DNA from: Prorocentrum cordatum
Taxonomy: Eukaryota
Reading direction: 5' to 3'
NCBI GenBank assembly: GCA_963575745.1
Contig: CAUYUJ010000223.1
Location: forward strand, 62,001-116,630
DNA length: 54,630 nucleotides
Numbering within the stretch: position 1 is the stretch's first letter; each line of letters begins with the position of its first letter. Positions 33,001-50,059 of this stretch are shown here, piece after piece. The translations under genes and the position numbers were made by a program. The notes beneath the pieces are model-generated. The model was given only the letters and a program-made list of their open reading frames with translations. It searched no databases and was not told where the DNA came from.

Positions 33001-36000
33001 TCGGCCTCCACATCCGTCTCGGCCCTGTCCGTCCCCGCGGCCCTCCACGGGCCGTCGACGTCGGCGCTGGCGTCGGCGGTGGCGGAGGCGGAGTCGCCCT
33101 CGCGGCAGCCCTCGCAGCTCGGCAGGCGCGGAGCGGCCTGCAGCGGCGGCGGCGAGGGCAACTGCGACGCCCCGGCTGGGCAGGCCCTGCCGGCAGCGTG
33201 CGGCGCGCGCCTGAGCTGGCCTCCACGGCCTCGCTCAGGCGGGGGGCAAACGCGACCCAACCGCACGGCGCCGGCCCGCCGGCGCGAAGCCGCGCCCGCG
33301 ATGGGCGCGAGACGCGCGCGCCGCGCTTGCCGCGACGGAAAGCAGAACTGGCAGCGCGCGCACGCGAGAACGCCCGCGCGAGCTGCACGGCGCCTGCGGG
33401 GCCAAGCCCGTGCGCGCGGAAGCGCGTAGCCGGTAGCGCAGTCGCCGACGTTGGGGCCAGCGTCAGCGCCAGCGACGGCGTGGGCGCCGGTGCCCGTGCC
33501 GACGTCCCTGTCGGCGTCGGCGTTGGTCCCAGCCCCTGCGCTGGCATCGGTGCTGACGCCGACTCTCGCGGCGGCGTCGGCGCTGGCGCTGGCGTCGGAG
33601 TCCGCAAGGTCGGCTTTCCGCGGCACGTCCTGCACGATGGAGTCGAGCTTGGCCGGAACAGCCGTCCCAGGTCCTACGGCCTGCTGGACATGGGCGGCGT
33701 CGGCCTTCGGCTGCACGTCCTGGCCGATTTCGACGAGCCTAGAATGGGCACCCGTGATGGACACCTCGCACGGCTGGACCCGGGCGGGGTCGAACCTCCA
33801 CTGCGCGCCAGCTAAGAAGCGGAACTGAGCAGCGTGCACCCCATGGTGCGTGCCCTGGTGTGCGACCACGCCCGCGACCGCGACGTCGGCGCCGGTGGCG
33901 CTGTCGCTGGCGCTGGGGCTGGCGGCGGCGCCGGCGTGGGCACGGGCGCCAGTGCCAGCGCGGGCGCGGGCGCCGTCGGCAGCGCAGGCGCTGGTCCCAG
34001 TGTAGGCGGTCACGTCGATGCCGGCGTCGGTGTCGGTCTCCGTGCCGGTTTCAGCGTCGGCGTAGGCGCCCGCGTCAGCGTCGGCGCTGCCGTCGCTATC
34101 GGAGCAGGCGGCGGCGTTGGCGTCGACGTCGGCGCTGGCGTCAGCAGTGGTGGAGGTGGAGTCGCCCGCGCGGCAGTCCTCGCGATTCGGCAGGCGCGGA
34201 GCGGCCCACGGCGGTGGCGGCGAGGGCAGTTGCGGCACCCCGGCTGGGCAAGCCCCGCCGGCAGCGCGCGGCGCGCGCCCGAGCTGGCCCCCACGGCCTC
34301 GCTCAGGCAGGGGACCAACGAGCCCCGATCGCGCGGCGCCGGCCCGCCGGCGCGAAGCCGCGCCCGCGAAGAGCCCGAGACGCGCGCGTCGCGCTAAGCG
34401 CGACAGAAAGCCGAACGGGCAGCGCGCGCGCGCGAGGAAGCCCGCGTGAGCGGCACGGAGCCTGCGGAGCCAAGCGCGCGCGTGCGGAAGCGTAGTGCTG
34501 GTGACGCGGTCGCTGACGTTGGGGCCAGCGTCGACGCCGGCGGCGGCGCGGGCGCCGGTGCCCGTGCAGACGTCCCTGTCGGCGTCGGCGTCGGCCCCGA
34601 TCCCTGCGATGGTATCGCTGCTGACGCCGACCGTCGCGGCGTCGTCGGGGCCGCCGCTGGGGTCGGCGGCGGCGTTGGTTTCGGCGTAGGCGGTGACGCC
34701 GCTGACGTCGTCTGCGTTGACGCCGATGCCGGTAGCGGGGCCCGCGTCAGCGCCGAGCCGGAGCCACTCTAAGTCCCAGACCTCGTCGTCCGTGCTGGTA
34801 AAGGCGCCGGTGTCGGAGCTGGCGGTGGTGCAAGCGTCGGCGCCGGTCGCGGCGTTGGCGGTCGCGGTGGCGGTAGCGCCTGCATCGGCATCGGAGGCGT
34901 CGGCGTTGGCGCGGACGTCGGTGCTGGCGCTGACGTTGGCGTAGGCCGCGATGCTGGAGCCGACCTCAACGCTGGCGTCGGTGCGGGTGCCGAGTCCCAC
35001 GTCGGGGCTCCTGGCGCCAGGCCTGGACCAGCGAACGGCCCAGACCTCGCCGGCCTCCGAGCGGGTGAGGGCGGTAGCGTCGGTGCTGGCGCCTGCGCTC
35101 GCCGCCGGGCGTGCGGCGGCGCCCACGCGGGCCTCGCAACCGAGGGCGTTGACGCCGGCGTCGGCGGTGACGTTGGGAGCGCGGGCGCTGGCGCCTGCGC
35201 TGGCGGCCGCGGAAGCGGCAACGTCCTCATAGGCGTCGGGGCCGGGGGCGCGGTCGCCGGCGTCGGGCTCGGCGGCGGCCTCGGCGTAGGCGCCCGCGCT
35301 GGCGTCGTCGCTGGCGTTGTAGGCGGCGGGGGCGGAGACATTGGGGGCGTCGGCGCTGGCGTCGCAGGAGGCGGCCCCGGTGCCAGCCCGTGTATCGGCG
35401 TCGATGTCAGCGTCGGCGTTGGCGTCGGCGCTGACGATGGCGCAGGCGGTGACGGCGGGGTCGACGACGGTGGTGGCGCCAATGCTGGGAACGGGGCCCT
35501 CTTCGGGGCCCGCGGCGCCGAGCCTGGCCCAGTCCAGGTCACAGACCTCGTCGGCCTCCACGACCGTCTCGGCCCCGTCCGACCCCGCGGCCCTCCTCAA
35601 GTCCTCGGTGACGCTCACGCCCGCGGCGCGGTGGCAGCGAGCCTCATCCAGCAGCGGCTGCCCCAACTCCAGGGCCCCCGGGGCTTTTCGGGGGGACTCC
35701 TCGCGATCCATCGGCGCGACCTCCCAGGTCTCGGGCACAACCGTCAACCAGTACTGCTTGGCCTCCGGCAGCGCCCGCCCCGCCGCCTCCGCAGTTGCCC
35801 GCTCGGAGCGGTGCCCCGCGAGCGCGCCTCCGGCCCCCTCAAGGGGCAGGGCGCGCCGGCGCAGCCGCGCTTTCAGCTCGGGGCCAGCGCCGCGCCAAAG
35901 ATCCGGAGCCGGCGGCGGAGGCGCCGCGTTGCGATATGCGCCAGCTCCGGCATCGGCGTCGCCGGTCGCGGCGGCGGCGGCGAAAGCGCCGGCGCCGGCG

Positions 36001-37880
36001 GAGGCGTCGAAGTCGCGGCCGCCGGCGTCAGCGGGCGCGTCGCAAATGGCGTCGGCGTCGGCGCGGGCGCGGGCGCAGGCGATGGGGCCAGCGCGGGCGA
36101 CGGCGGAGGCGTAGGTGTCGGTGCGGTCGTCGGCGCCGGCGTCGCCCAGGTGCACGGCGCCGAGCTCCACGTCCGCGCCTGTCCACGACCCCATGCGCGC
36201 CCCCCCGTTGCGGTACTCCCTGGTGTCAGAGTCGGCGGGGGCACGGGCGCCGATGCCGGCGCCGGCGCGGGCCTCGGCGACGGCGCGGGCGCTGGCGCCA
36301 ACGGGGCCCCAGCAACCCGCCAGCAACCGGGCGCCGTGGACGTCCTCGTGGGCGCGGACCAGTTTGACCTCTGACCCTCCCGGCACCCCCGCATCGTCGT
36401 CGCCATCGTCGCCCGCTCCCGGCGCCAGGCCCGAGGCAGCCGCGGAGTCGCCCAGGGCGCGATGCTCCCCGAGGCTGATCTCCTCGGGCTCCTCGGGAAT
36501 GAGCTCCCCCTGGGTAGTGGTCCTCCTCATCCTCCTCCGCCTCCTCATCCTCGCTCTCGGAAAGACCTCCTCCCTCGCCGCTCCTTCGCCTCCGCCGCCC
36601 ACTCCTCTTCCTCCTCTGCCGCTGGCCCCTTCGGTCGGAGCGACCCCGCCGGGCTCGCGCGAGGGCGGCGGGACCGCCCGCTCGGTCTCATCGTCCCCAG
36701 CGGCGCGTGGCTCCGTGACATAGTCCGCGGTGCCTGGTCCTGCCTCGCCCCCCGTCTCTGCGGCAGCCTCGAGCTCGTCGACGCGGGCCCGCAGGTTCTC
36801 GGCGATCGTGGCCCCCAGCTCGAGGTTCGTCGTCAGGCGGTCGATCCATGCCAACAGGCCGTCGATCCACGCCCACAAGTTGTCGACGTCGACGTCCGCG
36901 CGGCTCCCCGCCAAGGTCTCCTCGGCACGGAATCTGCGCGCCCGCTCGTGCTCGCGCGCCTGGCTCTTCCCTTGGGCGAGCCTCTCGGCCATCCTCTGTC
37001 GCCGCGCCGTCTCCTGCCGGCGAGTCGCCTCCTCTTCGTAAGCCTGGCGCCACGCTTCGGCTCCCTCGGCGGCACGAGACCGCTCGGCCTCCAGAGCAGT
37101 GCACCGCGACCGGGCCTCGGCCAGCTTCTCCCCGGCGTCGAGCGCCTCGGTCGCCCAAAGCTGCAGGTTGGTGCCTTTCTCGGCCAGCTCAGCCCCCATG
37201 CGGCGACGTCGGAACTCTGCGCCCAACGCGCAGTAGGCCAACCAGCCAGCAACCAGCCAGCTGAAGCGCAGCGGGTCGAAGCTCAGCGCTGCCTCGCCGG
37301 GCCCGTAGGTGCCCAGGGACCCCGTCGGCCGGCCTGATGCCTCGCTGGGTCTCCCAGGATGCGTGGGCGGGGTGCGTGGCTCTTCCCTACTGGGACCGCC
37401 CTGGGAACCCGACCAGCCCGCTGGCTCGGCCGCGGCCGGGCTACCCGAAGGTCCGCTCCCGCGCGCGCGGCCGACGCCAGTCGTAGTGGAAATGGGGCCT
37501 GCGGGCCAGGCCGCGGCCGGGCTAACTGCGGGTTCGCCCCCGCGCTCGCGGCTCGGGCCGGGCTGCGAAGATGTCGTCGTAGTCGTCGACGTCGTAGTCG
37601 TCGTCGTGGTTGTGGTAATGGTGACCCCAGGAGGTTCGGCCGTCGGCCCTCGCCCCTTCCTTCCCGCAGGCGCAGGCTTGGCGGGCGGAGCTCGCCCCTT
37701 GCCATGCCCCCCGCCGCCCGCGGGCCGGAGTTTCGGCCCGGGCTGAGATGGCGGCGCCGGCGCTGGGGACATTGCGTCCCCCGCGCGGCCAAGAAGCCAC
37801 CAACCCATCGCCCCTTGGGCCGAGAACGCCCCACCAACCGCCAAGATCACGGCATGCGCCCCGAGGAAGCCCACGGCCAT
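31659..37880 (-). CDS. Large hypothetical low-complexity protein: hydrophobic N-terminus, TM-like segment, coiled coil, Ala/Asp-rich and Pro/Thr repeats
   Basis: About 2070 codons open. Hydrophobic [20 protein letters not shown] and [15 protein letters not shown]; heptad-rich region ~36770-37190; repeated [16 protein letters not shown] motif. Some of the openness is expected from GC-rich repeats. Confidence 0.45.
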   Translation of the reverse strand: MAVGFLGAHAVILAVGGAFSAQGAMGWWLLGRAGDAMSPAPAPPSQPGPKLRPAGGGGHGKGRAPPAKPAPAGRKGRGPTAEPPGVTITTTTTTTTTSTTTTTSSQPGPSRERGGEPAVSPAAAWPAGPISTTTGVGRARGSGPSGSPAAAEPAGWSGSQGGPSREEPRTPPTHPGRPSEASGRPTGSLGTYGPGEAALSFDPLRFSWLVAGWLAYCALGAEFRRRRMGAELAEKGTNLQLWATEALDAGEKLAEARSRCTALEAERSRAAEGAEAWRQAYEEEATRRQETARRQRMAERLAQGKSQAREHERARRFRAEETLAGSRADVDVDNLWAWIDGLLAWIDRLTTNLELGATIAENLRARVDELEAAAETGGEAGPGTADYVTEPRAAGDDETERAVPPPSREPGGVAPTEGASGRGGRGVGGGGEGAAREEVFPRARMRRRRRMRRTTTQGELIPEEPEEISLGEHRALGDSAAASGLAPGAGDDGDDDAGVPGGSEVKLVRAHEDVHGARLLAGCWGPVGASARAVAEARAGAGIGARAPADSDTREYRNGGARMGSWTGADVELGAVHLGDAGADDRTDTYASAVARAGPIACARARADADAICDAPADAGGRDFDASAGAGAFAAAAATGDADAGAGAYRNAAPPPPAPDLWRGAGPELKARLRRRALPLEGAGGALAGHRSERATAEAAGRALPEAKQYWLTVVPETWEVAPMDREESPRKAPGALELGQPLLDEARCHRAAGVSVTEDLRRAAGSDGAETVVEADEVCDLDWARLGAAGPEEGPVPSIGATTVVDPAVTACAIVSADANADADIDADTRAGTGAASCDASADAPNVSAPAAYNASDDASAGAYAEAAAEPDAGDRAPGPDAYEDVAASAAASAGASARAPNVTADAGVNALGCEARVGAAARPAASAGASTDATALTRSEAGEVWAVRWSRPGARSPDVGLGTRTDASVEVGSSIAAYANVSASTDVRANADASDADAGATATATANAATGADACTTASSDTGAFTSTDDEVWDLEWLRLGADAGPATGIGVNADDVSGVTAYAETNAAADPSGGPDDAATVGVSSDTIAGIGADADADRDVCTGTGARAAAGVDAGPNVSDRVTSTTLPHARAWLRRLRAAHAGFLARARCPFGFLSRLARRARLGLFAGAASRRRAGAARSGLVGPLPERGRGGQLGRAPRAAGGACPAGVPQLPSPPPPWAAPRLPNREDCRAGDSTSTTADASADVDANAAACSDSDGSADADAGAYADAETGTETDTDAGIDVTAYTGTSACAADGARARAGTGARAHAGAAASPSASDSATGADVAVAGVVAHQGTHHGVHAAQFRFLAGAQWRFDPARVQPCEVSITGAHSRLVEIGQDVQPKADAAHVQQAVGPGTAVPAKLDSIVQDVPRKADLADSDASASADAAARVGVSTDASAGAGTNADADRDVGTGTGAHAVAGADAGPNVGDCATGYALPRARAWPRRRRAARAGVLACARCQFCFPSRQARRARLAPIAGAASRRRAGAVRLGRVCPPPERGRGGQLRRAPHAAGRACPAGASQLPSPPPLQAAPRLPSCEGCREGDSASATADASADVDGPWRAAGTDRAETDVEADEVWDMDWARLGAAGPASSPTVGTAAPRTSPTAAPPEPTAAPAVAPPAASRAALIGAPTATPTAAPTAAPFAVPTTAAPIASPTAAPIASAASTAALTAAPTAAAPTATQAAPAAAPTAAESIAAPAVAPSAASRAAPIGAPTAAPTAPQAAAPTVSPRAAPTAPIVAPTAASSAASAAAPAAAPTTAAPTAPPAAGPAAAPTAVPTAAALTAWPTAAPLALAASTAAPTAVPAAAAPTAALAAAPPVASAATPTAASTVSPTAALPPAASTAPPTAAPTAAPTAAPTAALAATPAGAPAASPTAAPRAPTASTTASTTAAPTSAPAASPAAPLTAAPTPAPSAASSAPPTAAPSASPTAAPTPVPTASPSVTLSVTSPRAPTPPPRTWRTRAPWCPASRRRGAGSPPRRPRPARRDTPPSASTTAAPTAASTAASTAALALPSMSG

Positions 37881-38001
37881 GGCACCGCTGGCCCGCACAC
37901 CCGCCACGAGGCTGGTAGCGCCGGCCACGTCCGCACACCCGCTCCCCAGAGCTGGCGGTGCAGGACGCTGCGGTTTTGGCCGCCCCGCGGCCCCCCGGGA
38001 C

Positions 38002-38072
38002 CCCCCGAGTCCTGGCTCGATCTCGAGCCCGCGACTACGGACCCCAAATGGCTATGGCAAAGCCCTCACTTC
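38002..38072. repeat. 71-bp direct repeat shared with 26207-26277
   Basis: cccccgagtcctggctcgatctcgagccc(a/g)cgactacggaccccaaatggctatggcaaagccc(c/t)cacttc; 2 mismatches between copies. Confidence 0.95.
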
Positions 38073-39529
38073 TGCTAACTTTCAATTCTAACGATGTTGT
38101 GAAACCAACGATCCGTGAAGTGGACGTTTTTACTTAGCAGAAATGTGGTCTCAATGCCTACATGCCAATACAATGACATGCAACACAGTGGACGTTACAC
38201 AGCCCAGCAAAGAGGTTGGCTGGAGCGCCGACGTGCATAGCACGGCTCCAGAGGAGGGGGGAGGAGGAGGACACGCAGGAGGCGGAAGAGGCCGAACGGT
38301 GTTGGAGTGAGCGGATACGGAGGCGTGGGGAGAGACGAGGGGCGACGACGAGGCGGGATGGCCGACGGCGACGCCGCTTTTTGCTCAGCGGGGCGGGCGC
38401 GGCAAGCCGCCGCCGCCGCCGGCGCCAGCCGCCAGGCGCGCCCCGCCTGGCGGCGGCAGCGCGGGATGGGGGGGGATGAGATGAGGAGATGCGCTGAGGC
38501 GTTGAGGACCAAGGGGAGGCGGGGGGGGGTGTTGGAGGAAGGGGAGGGGGGGGGAGTGGAATGGAGAGGGCGGTGGGCGACGAGTGGGGAGTGAGGGGAT
38601 GAGAAGGAAGTAGAGTAGTAGAGAGGTGGGCGCCGGACTGGGGGCGAGGGGGGCAGGGGGTAGGAGGGAGAGGGCCGAGGACGAGAGCGCGGTCACCTCA
38701 TCCCTCGTCGTCCGCACCCGCCTCTTCATCACCGCTCACCTGCAGCATCACCCCACTTGTTGAAGGCCTCATCCCACCCCCATCCTCACCCTATCCTCGT
38801 ACGCCTCGCTCCTCATCATCCTCATCATCCTCATCGTGCTCATCATCCTCCTCATGCGACCCCTCATCTTCAAACTCATAGTCCTACCCCTGTGTGTCCT
38901 CATCACCCCAACCACGTTGAGCAGGCGATCCGTTTGCCGTCTCGGCGCGCGGGGTCCCTGTCCTTCGTCGCGGGGGCGCTATTTAAGGCGCGCGCCCCCA
39001 ACGCCAGACACACAGTGTCGCAGCGGCTGAGCTGAGCATGAGCCTCGTTCAGTCCTCATCATGTCCTCATCATCTCCTCCATCTCATCATCTCATCTCCT
39101 CCCTGAGGCTCCGAGGCCGCCGCCTCCCGAGCGGCAGGCGTCGCGCCGCGCGCGGGCAGCCACTCCCCGGCTGCTGTGCGAGATCGCGCTGCACTGCGCG
39201 CCGACGCATAGTAGCTGCGGCCCTGCAGCTACGATGATGAATTCACGCTTCGGCAGATCTGCCAGATTCCGCCGCCGCTCGACACTGCTTCGATACGCGG
39301 GACCGCTCCGATCGAATGACTCGGACTGCCGACAATCTCATCGTAGTCGTATCCTATCGGATGCACCGTCGTAACGCATCGTCGCATCGTCGTACGACAT
39401 CGTACTATCATCGGCCCATCGTCGTTTCGAAGCAGTGACGAGACGAGGCGCGGGCCCCCACCGCCGGCACCGCGCGCCACCCATGGCACGCGGGCGCGAC
39501 GGCGGGTCGCAGCCGTCGCAGCGCCGCAC

Positions 39530-44190
<4,661 letters not shown>

Positions 44191-44483
44191 AGCTGGAAGC
44201 GTGGCCCGGGGCAGAAGCGCGCGAAGCTAGACGGCGTGCACAACGCGAAAGACGCAAGCTTGAGCCGCACGGGCGGCGGCCACGGGAATGTGGGGAGGGC
44301 ACGGGGACACCTGCGACGCAGCGTGCGGCTGGTAGGCTGGCTGTCGGACTCGCAATGTCGGGCTGGCGATGCGAGGGCCATGGGCCATGGGGCAATGGAC
44401 GCTGGGGCAACACAGCGCAACACATAACGGTCGCATCGAATGGCACGGCCGACGCCGACGACGACGACGGCAGACGGGGCGGG

Positions 44484-44602
44484 CGAGGAGGAGGAGGAGG
44501 GCGAGGAAGAGGAGGAGGAGGATGAGGATGAGGAGGAGGAGGCTGAGGAGGAGGACGAGGAGGAGGACGAGGAGGAGGGGGAGGAGGAGGAGGAGGAGGA
44601 GG
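44484..44602. repeat. (GAG)n microsatellite
   Basis: Directly visible. Confidence 0.9.
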
Positions 44603-45672
44603 ACAGGGCGCTGGACGGCGATAGTGAAGCGACGGCGCTAGATATCGATGACGGCGACGGGACGGGCGGCGGCGACGCCGTCGCGCGTCGTGCAGCCCCA
44701 GGCGCCGGCGCCGCCGCCGCCACCGAGCTCCGCGGGCAGCTCCGGCAGCAGCGCCGCCGCCCTTGCGGCGCGGAAGCGGGGGGGGGGGGGCGAGGTCGTC
44801 CGTCGTCGCTGCCGTCGCTGCCGATGTCATGATGTCCAGCGTCGTCGTCAGTCGCCGATCTCAACGCTGCCGTCTCTGGCAGTCGCCGACGCAGCTCGAC
44901 GCCGTCTCCCGCCGTCGACGCCGCATGCCAACGCCGATGTCCAGGCGGCGGATGGAGCGTGGGCAGACGGAGGGTGAGACGGAGAGGGCGGGTGAGCGAG
45001 GGAGGGGGAGGGGGCGTCCAACGTCCAAGAACAACAGTGATGATAATGATGACAATGACATGGGTGCGCACTCGCGGTCGCATGGCCTCGGAATCCCGAG
45101 TCGCCCCCAGCGACATGAAGCAGCATGCGTGCGACCCCGCAAGGGGCTCTGAAAGGGGCGAGCCTGGAGCCTGAATAAGCGGCCGCGTCGTATATTGCAC
45201 ACGAGCTCCGGTCGGAAGAAAGCTTTACAAAGTGACCGCGGGCCCGAGCCCCGCCGAAGACCGAGACTGAGACTGACAGTCTCCGAGTCTCCGAGACTGA
45301 AACTGGACGCGCCCCGCGGAGGCACCGAGATACGCAATCAAAGCCAAGGTGCCAGGCGGCGCGGGCCCGAAACAGGCCCTCGGGACCCCCGGGCAGACTT
45401 GGATTCCGTCGGTCTGGTCTCGGTCCGATCGGGGCCTGGAGCACGTTGGACACGCAGGAGCCCCGCGGCAAGCCAGAACCCCCCCGCCCCCCCCTCAGCC
45501 TATCCCAATACAGTGTCCTCTCAACTCCTCCCAACTCCAATGCCAATGTCCTCGCCATCTAACTACTGCGATGTGCCTATCATGTAGCACACGCGCTCTA
45601 CGAATTAATGGCTGGGCTGACAGACAAAGCACAGTCCCACCAGGCCGATCTGACAATGCGAGTACACGGCCC

Positions 45673-48609
45673 TCACTCTGAATCTGGCCAGCTCATGGCA
45701 CTGGCAATGGATCGCAAGCCATCCACCTGGTCGACCCGCGTAACGAACCCCAAGAGGTAGAGCAGGTGGACGCCCACAACGTTGACGTTCATGGAGTTCC
45801 CCGCCTGCATAAGGATGGCGTTGCGACTCCTTCCAGCGCCACCCTCGCGAGCGATGGCGAAGCTGCAGAGGCGCCGCGGCACGCCCGAACGCGGCGTAGC
45901 GAGCTCGGGCCTCACCGGGAACCCCTGGGCAACGAGAAGTTCCATGGGGGTCATCCAACGCTCGCTCCCCGACACGTAGTGCAACGACGGGTTCGAAATG
46001 ATCGAGTAGAGAACCTCCGGACATGATGAGACGCCCCTGGACCCGCACTGACTGTTCTGAATGAGGCTATGCACGCAGCCTGCCTCGCCCCTAGCCGCGG
46101 ACTTCTCCTCGTAGGACGTCAGGTTATCCAACTCCCACGGCGAAAGGCTGCTGCGGAACGCCCCGGGCGCGCTGGCGACGATCTCCATGCAGGACTCCAG
46201 TGTGATAGCAGGGTCGTGTGACTGACTCGACTTGCGACGACGGGCCCAATGAACCTCGCCCGCCTGCTCGGCATCGTCGGCGATGAGGAACGCTCTGAAG
46301 GTACAGCGGCGGCGCCTGTGGAACAGCCTGATGACATTATCGAGGGTGCAACGAGTGTCGATCACGTGAGCCTTGTGCAGCAAGATCGTCCAGCGCCGCT
46401 GGCGGCGCACCGGCCATCCGAGGTCCGTGGGTTCGAGGATGTGGCTGACAATGCAGTAGATGTGCCCTAGAGTGCGCTCCAGCACCTGCAGGTCGAAGCG
46501 GTGCGAGTTTTCATGCACGATGCACGCCTCCTGTATCTTGATCCTCATCGCGATCCATACGGCCAAGACGGATGACGTCTTCCCCTCGTCTCGCTCACGG
46601 GCACCTCCCGGGCACCAGTCGATGCACGGCGTGCCGACGATATGCAGCTTGCCTGCGGGGTGTCGATAGCGACCGCCGCAGGTGCGACACTTCGCCACCA
46701 GGTGCACGCATCCCGGCTTCTTGATGATCGATTCAAACGTGCTGAACGGGATCCTCTGAGCGTTAAGAATCTGCTGGCGTAGGCTAGGGTTCCAAAAGTC
46801 CTCAATGTCGCAGAACATGTGCTCTGGCGCGGGCCTGGAAGGCGCCTCTAGCTCCAGCTCGCGATTGCACTCCTCCAGCAGCTCCGTCGACGCCAAATGG
46901 CGCATCGGATCAAGACGGCCCGCGTGGTGGCCCACCATGTCATTGAGCGTAGCGCCAATGACGTTCGCAGCCGTCCCCGGAGCGTCCACGCCTGAAAACG
47001 CCGTGGTGTACGTTGTGTCTGCGAAGGCCTTGTGGATGTCCAGCAAGATGCGTCGCCCGCAGGCCCGCGCAAGGCTGGATAGGGCGTCGTGCGCCCAACT
47101 CATGAGGTCGTCGAGCGACCGCACCACGTGCGGGCGCGGCCCTGTCAGTGGCCCCATGCCGACCCCCGCGTCGCTGAAGGAGCTCCAGGTGCATGGCTGC
47201 GGCGGCAAAGGAGCGCCCACATCGCCCAGGAGTCTCGACCCCCCCGGGCGGAGCGCTGTCGGGAGGCTGACCGACAGCGCCGCGCGGCCGGCTGCTTCGG
47301 CCGGGGGCGCGGCGGGGCTGTTAGCGGGGGCCGCCGCGGCCTCCGTCGCGACGGCCGCGTTCTCCGAGGCACCCGTCATCGCGTCGCCGACGGGCTGCGG
47401 CGGCCCCGCGCTCTCGGCTGCTGCGTCAGGGGGCGCTGCGGGGCGGCGGTCAGCGGGGGCGGGGGGCGCCGCCGCGGTGGCCGCAGCGGTCGCGGTCTCC
47501 AAATCGCCCGCTGACGAGGGGCCAACTGGACGCGGCGGCTCCGCGCTCTCGGCCGCTGCGGCTGCGGGCGCTGCTGCGGGGCAGTCAGCGGGGGCGGCCG
47601 CCGCCGCGGCGGTCGCAGCGACCGCGGTCTCCGAGTCGCCCGGCGTCGGGGGGCTGACTGGTCGCGGCGGCTCCGCGCTCTCGGCTGCTGCGGCGGTGGG
47701 CGCTGCTGCGGGACAGTCAGCGTCGGTGAGGGCCACCGCCGCGGCGGCCGTAGCGGCCGCGGTCTCCGCGTCGCCCGTCGTCGGGGGGCCGACTGGACGC
47801 GGCGGCTCTGGGAGCTCCGCGCTCTCGGCTGCTGCAGCTGCGAGCGCTGCGGGGCAGTCAGCGGGGGCGACCGCCGCTACGGCGGCCGCGGCGGTCGCGG
47901 TCTCCGAGTCGCCCGTCGTCGCGAGGTCGACTGCCTGCGGCAATTCCGCGCTCTCGGCTGCTGCGGCTGCGGGGCGGTCAGTGTCAGTGGGGGTGGGGGG
48001 CGCCGCCGCGGCGGCCGCGGTCTCCGAGTCGCCCGTCGTCGGGGGCCCGACTGGGCGCGGCGGCCCCGCGCTCTCGGCTGCTGCGGCTGCGGGGCAGTCA
48101 GTCTCAGCGGGGCCAGTGGGGGCCGCCGCCGCGGTGGCCGCGGTCTCCGAGTCGCCAGTCGTCGGGGGGCTGACTGGTCGCGGCGGCCCCGCGCTCTCGG
48201 CTGCTTCGGCGGGGGGCGCTGCTGCGGGGCAGTCTGCGCAGACAGTGTCAGTGGTGACCACCGCCGCGGCGGCCGTAGCGGCCGCGGACTCCGCGTCGCC
48301 CGTCGTCGGGGGGCCGACTGGACGCGGCGGCTCCGGGAGCTCCGCGCTCTCGGCTGCTACTGCTGCGAGCGCTGCGGGACAGTCCGCGGGGGCGACCGCC
48401 ACCACGGCGGCCGCGGCGGTCGCAGTCCCCGAGTCGCCCGTCGTCGCGAGGTAGACTGCTTGCGGCATCCCCGCGCTCTCGGCTGCTGCGGGCACGGGGC
48501 AGTCAGTGTCAGTGGGGGGCGCCGCCGCGGCGGCCGCGGTCCCCGAGTCGCCCGTCTTCATGGGGGGGTCGACTGGAGTCGCTGGCGGCGCAAAAAAAAA
48601 AAACAAAAA

Positions 48610-48647
<38 letters not shown>

Positions 48648-48738
48648 AATAAAAAAGAAAAAAAAAAAAAAAAAAAAAAAAAACAAAAGAAAAAAAAAAA
48701 AAACAAAAAAAACAGAAAAAAAAAAAAAAAAAAAACAA

Positions 48739-48773
<35 letters not shown>

Positions 48774-48841
48774 AAAAAAAAAAAAAAAAACAAAAAAAAA
48801 AAAACAAAACAAAAAAAAAAAAAAAAAAAAAAAAAACAAAA

Positions 48842-48874
<33 letters not shown>

Positions 48875-49725
48875 AAAGAAAAAAAGGGGTCCTGGCTCGG
48901 CACGTGGGCCGATGCGACTGCGTCGGGTGGTGCGTCGGCGGACGGCGACGGCTCCGCCGCGGTCTCAGTCTCCGACGTTAACCTGGCAACGGCCGACACT
49001 ACGGCCGACATCGCTGCAGCCGGCGCTGGTACGTCGGGCTCGGCACTCGATGGATCGGGCATGGGCGCGCCCGCTGGTGGCGCAGGCGTTGCATCTGCTT
49101 TGACGCCCCATGCTGCGACGGCATCCGACGGCGCCTCTTGCGCCGCGCCGCAGCCAGCCGCCACGGACGCCGCGGATGCGCCCGGAGGCGGCGGAGCTGG
49201 AGCTGCCAGCGTCGGCGGCAACCCAGGCGGATCAACATCCGTCGTGGCTGGCTGGGACTGGCGCGCAGCACCGTTCTCCGAGTCCTCCTCGGCCGAAGCC
49301 GGCCAGAGCTCGGCACCGATGGCCTCGATCTCGTCGAGCTCGGCGGCCGCGTCGCCACTCGGCGGGACCGCCGGTGGCAGCGCGCCCGACCCATGGGCCG
49401 ATGCAAACTTTGCTCGTTTGCGTGCAAGGGCAGCCTCGGCCCGCGGATGCAGGCCGGGCGCGCCCGATGCGGCATCGACGCCGGCTGCGCCGTCAGCCGC
49501 GTCCGCCGCCGCCGCCTGAACGCCGACTGCCGCGCCCGCTGCAGTGCTGGGCGCCGCCCGACCGCCGCGCCGCCTCTTGGGCTGGCTGGCGCCCCCGGCG
49601 CCGGCGGCTGCATCGCGCGCCGACGCCGCTCGCTTGCCCATGGCCTTGGGCGATGCCGCTGGCGCCTTGGCAAACGCGCGGATGCTGGCCGTCCCAGACG
49701 CATCAGCAGCTGTCAATTTGCCCAT
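45673..49725 (-). CDS. C5 cytosine DNA methyltransferase (DNMT5-like catalytic domain) with a long low-complexity N-terminus
   Basis: Ordered motifs: I TAFSGVDAPG, II ASTELLE, III MFCDI, IV HIVGTPCIDW (catalytic PC intact), VI VHEN, VIII GWPVRRQRRW, IX RWMTPMELLVAQGFP, X QAGNSM. Catalytic domain ~45720-47110. Likely start MGKLTAA at 49725. Confidence 0.9.
47380..48560 (-). repeat. Coding minisatellite (~9 units of ~120-150 bp) in the methyltransferase N-terminus
   Basis: Repeated AAAESA(G/E)PPRPV(G/S)PPTTGDSETA..DCPA units. Confidence 0.9.
48592..48885. repeat. 294-nt poly(A)-rich tract
   Basis: Nearly pure A run with scattered C/G/T. Confidence 0.95.
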
Positions 49726-50059
49726 ATCTGCAGGCGGGCCGCTGGGAGGCGGGCGCCGCGCGCCCATATATAGCCCAAATGGCTGCGGCGGGGGGGGGGG
49801 GGGCGCGGGTCGATGGGGAGAGCGGGATGAGCGCAGCGCCAGGGGGGGGGCTGGTGGGAAGAAGGGGAGCGCCACGGGCGCAACACCGAGAGGGAGGGGG
49901 GAGGAAAAGGACAGGGGGGCGGAGGATGCGGACAGGAGATACAGATGCAATGATGCAAGGATGCTCAGTGGTCCGTTATCTTATCCATCGTCATCATCCG
50001 CATCATCCTGGCTATCCTCGTATCCTCGTCCTTTGGATTATATAATACTCTTCTCTTCA

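Noticed and set aside
44259..44266. Relic spliced leader (GGCTCAAG on minus) upstream of the ParB-like gene; similar short match near 21281-21292
   Set aside because: Only about 8-9 matching bases, which is expected by chance in 54 kb.
49726..49950. N-terminal extension of the methyltransferase ORF given by the ORF track
   Set aside because: Low-complexity pyrimidine-rich sequence that looks like an upstream or acceptor region; the ATG at 49725 after CAG is more plausible.
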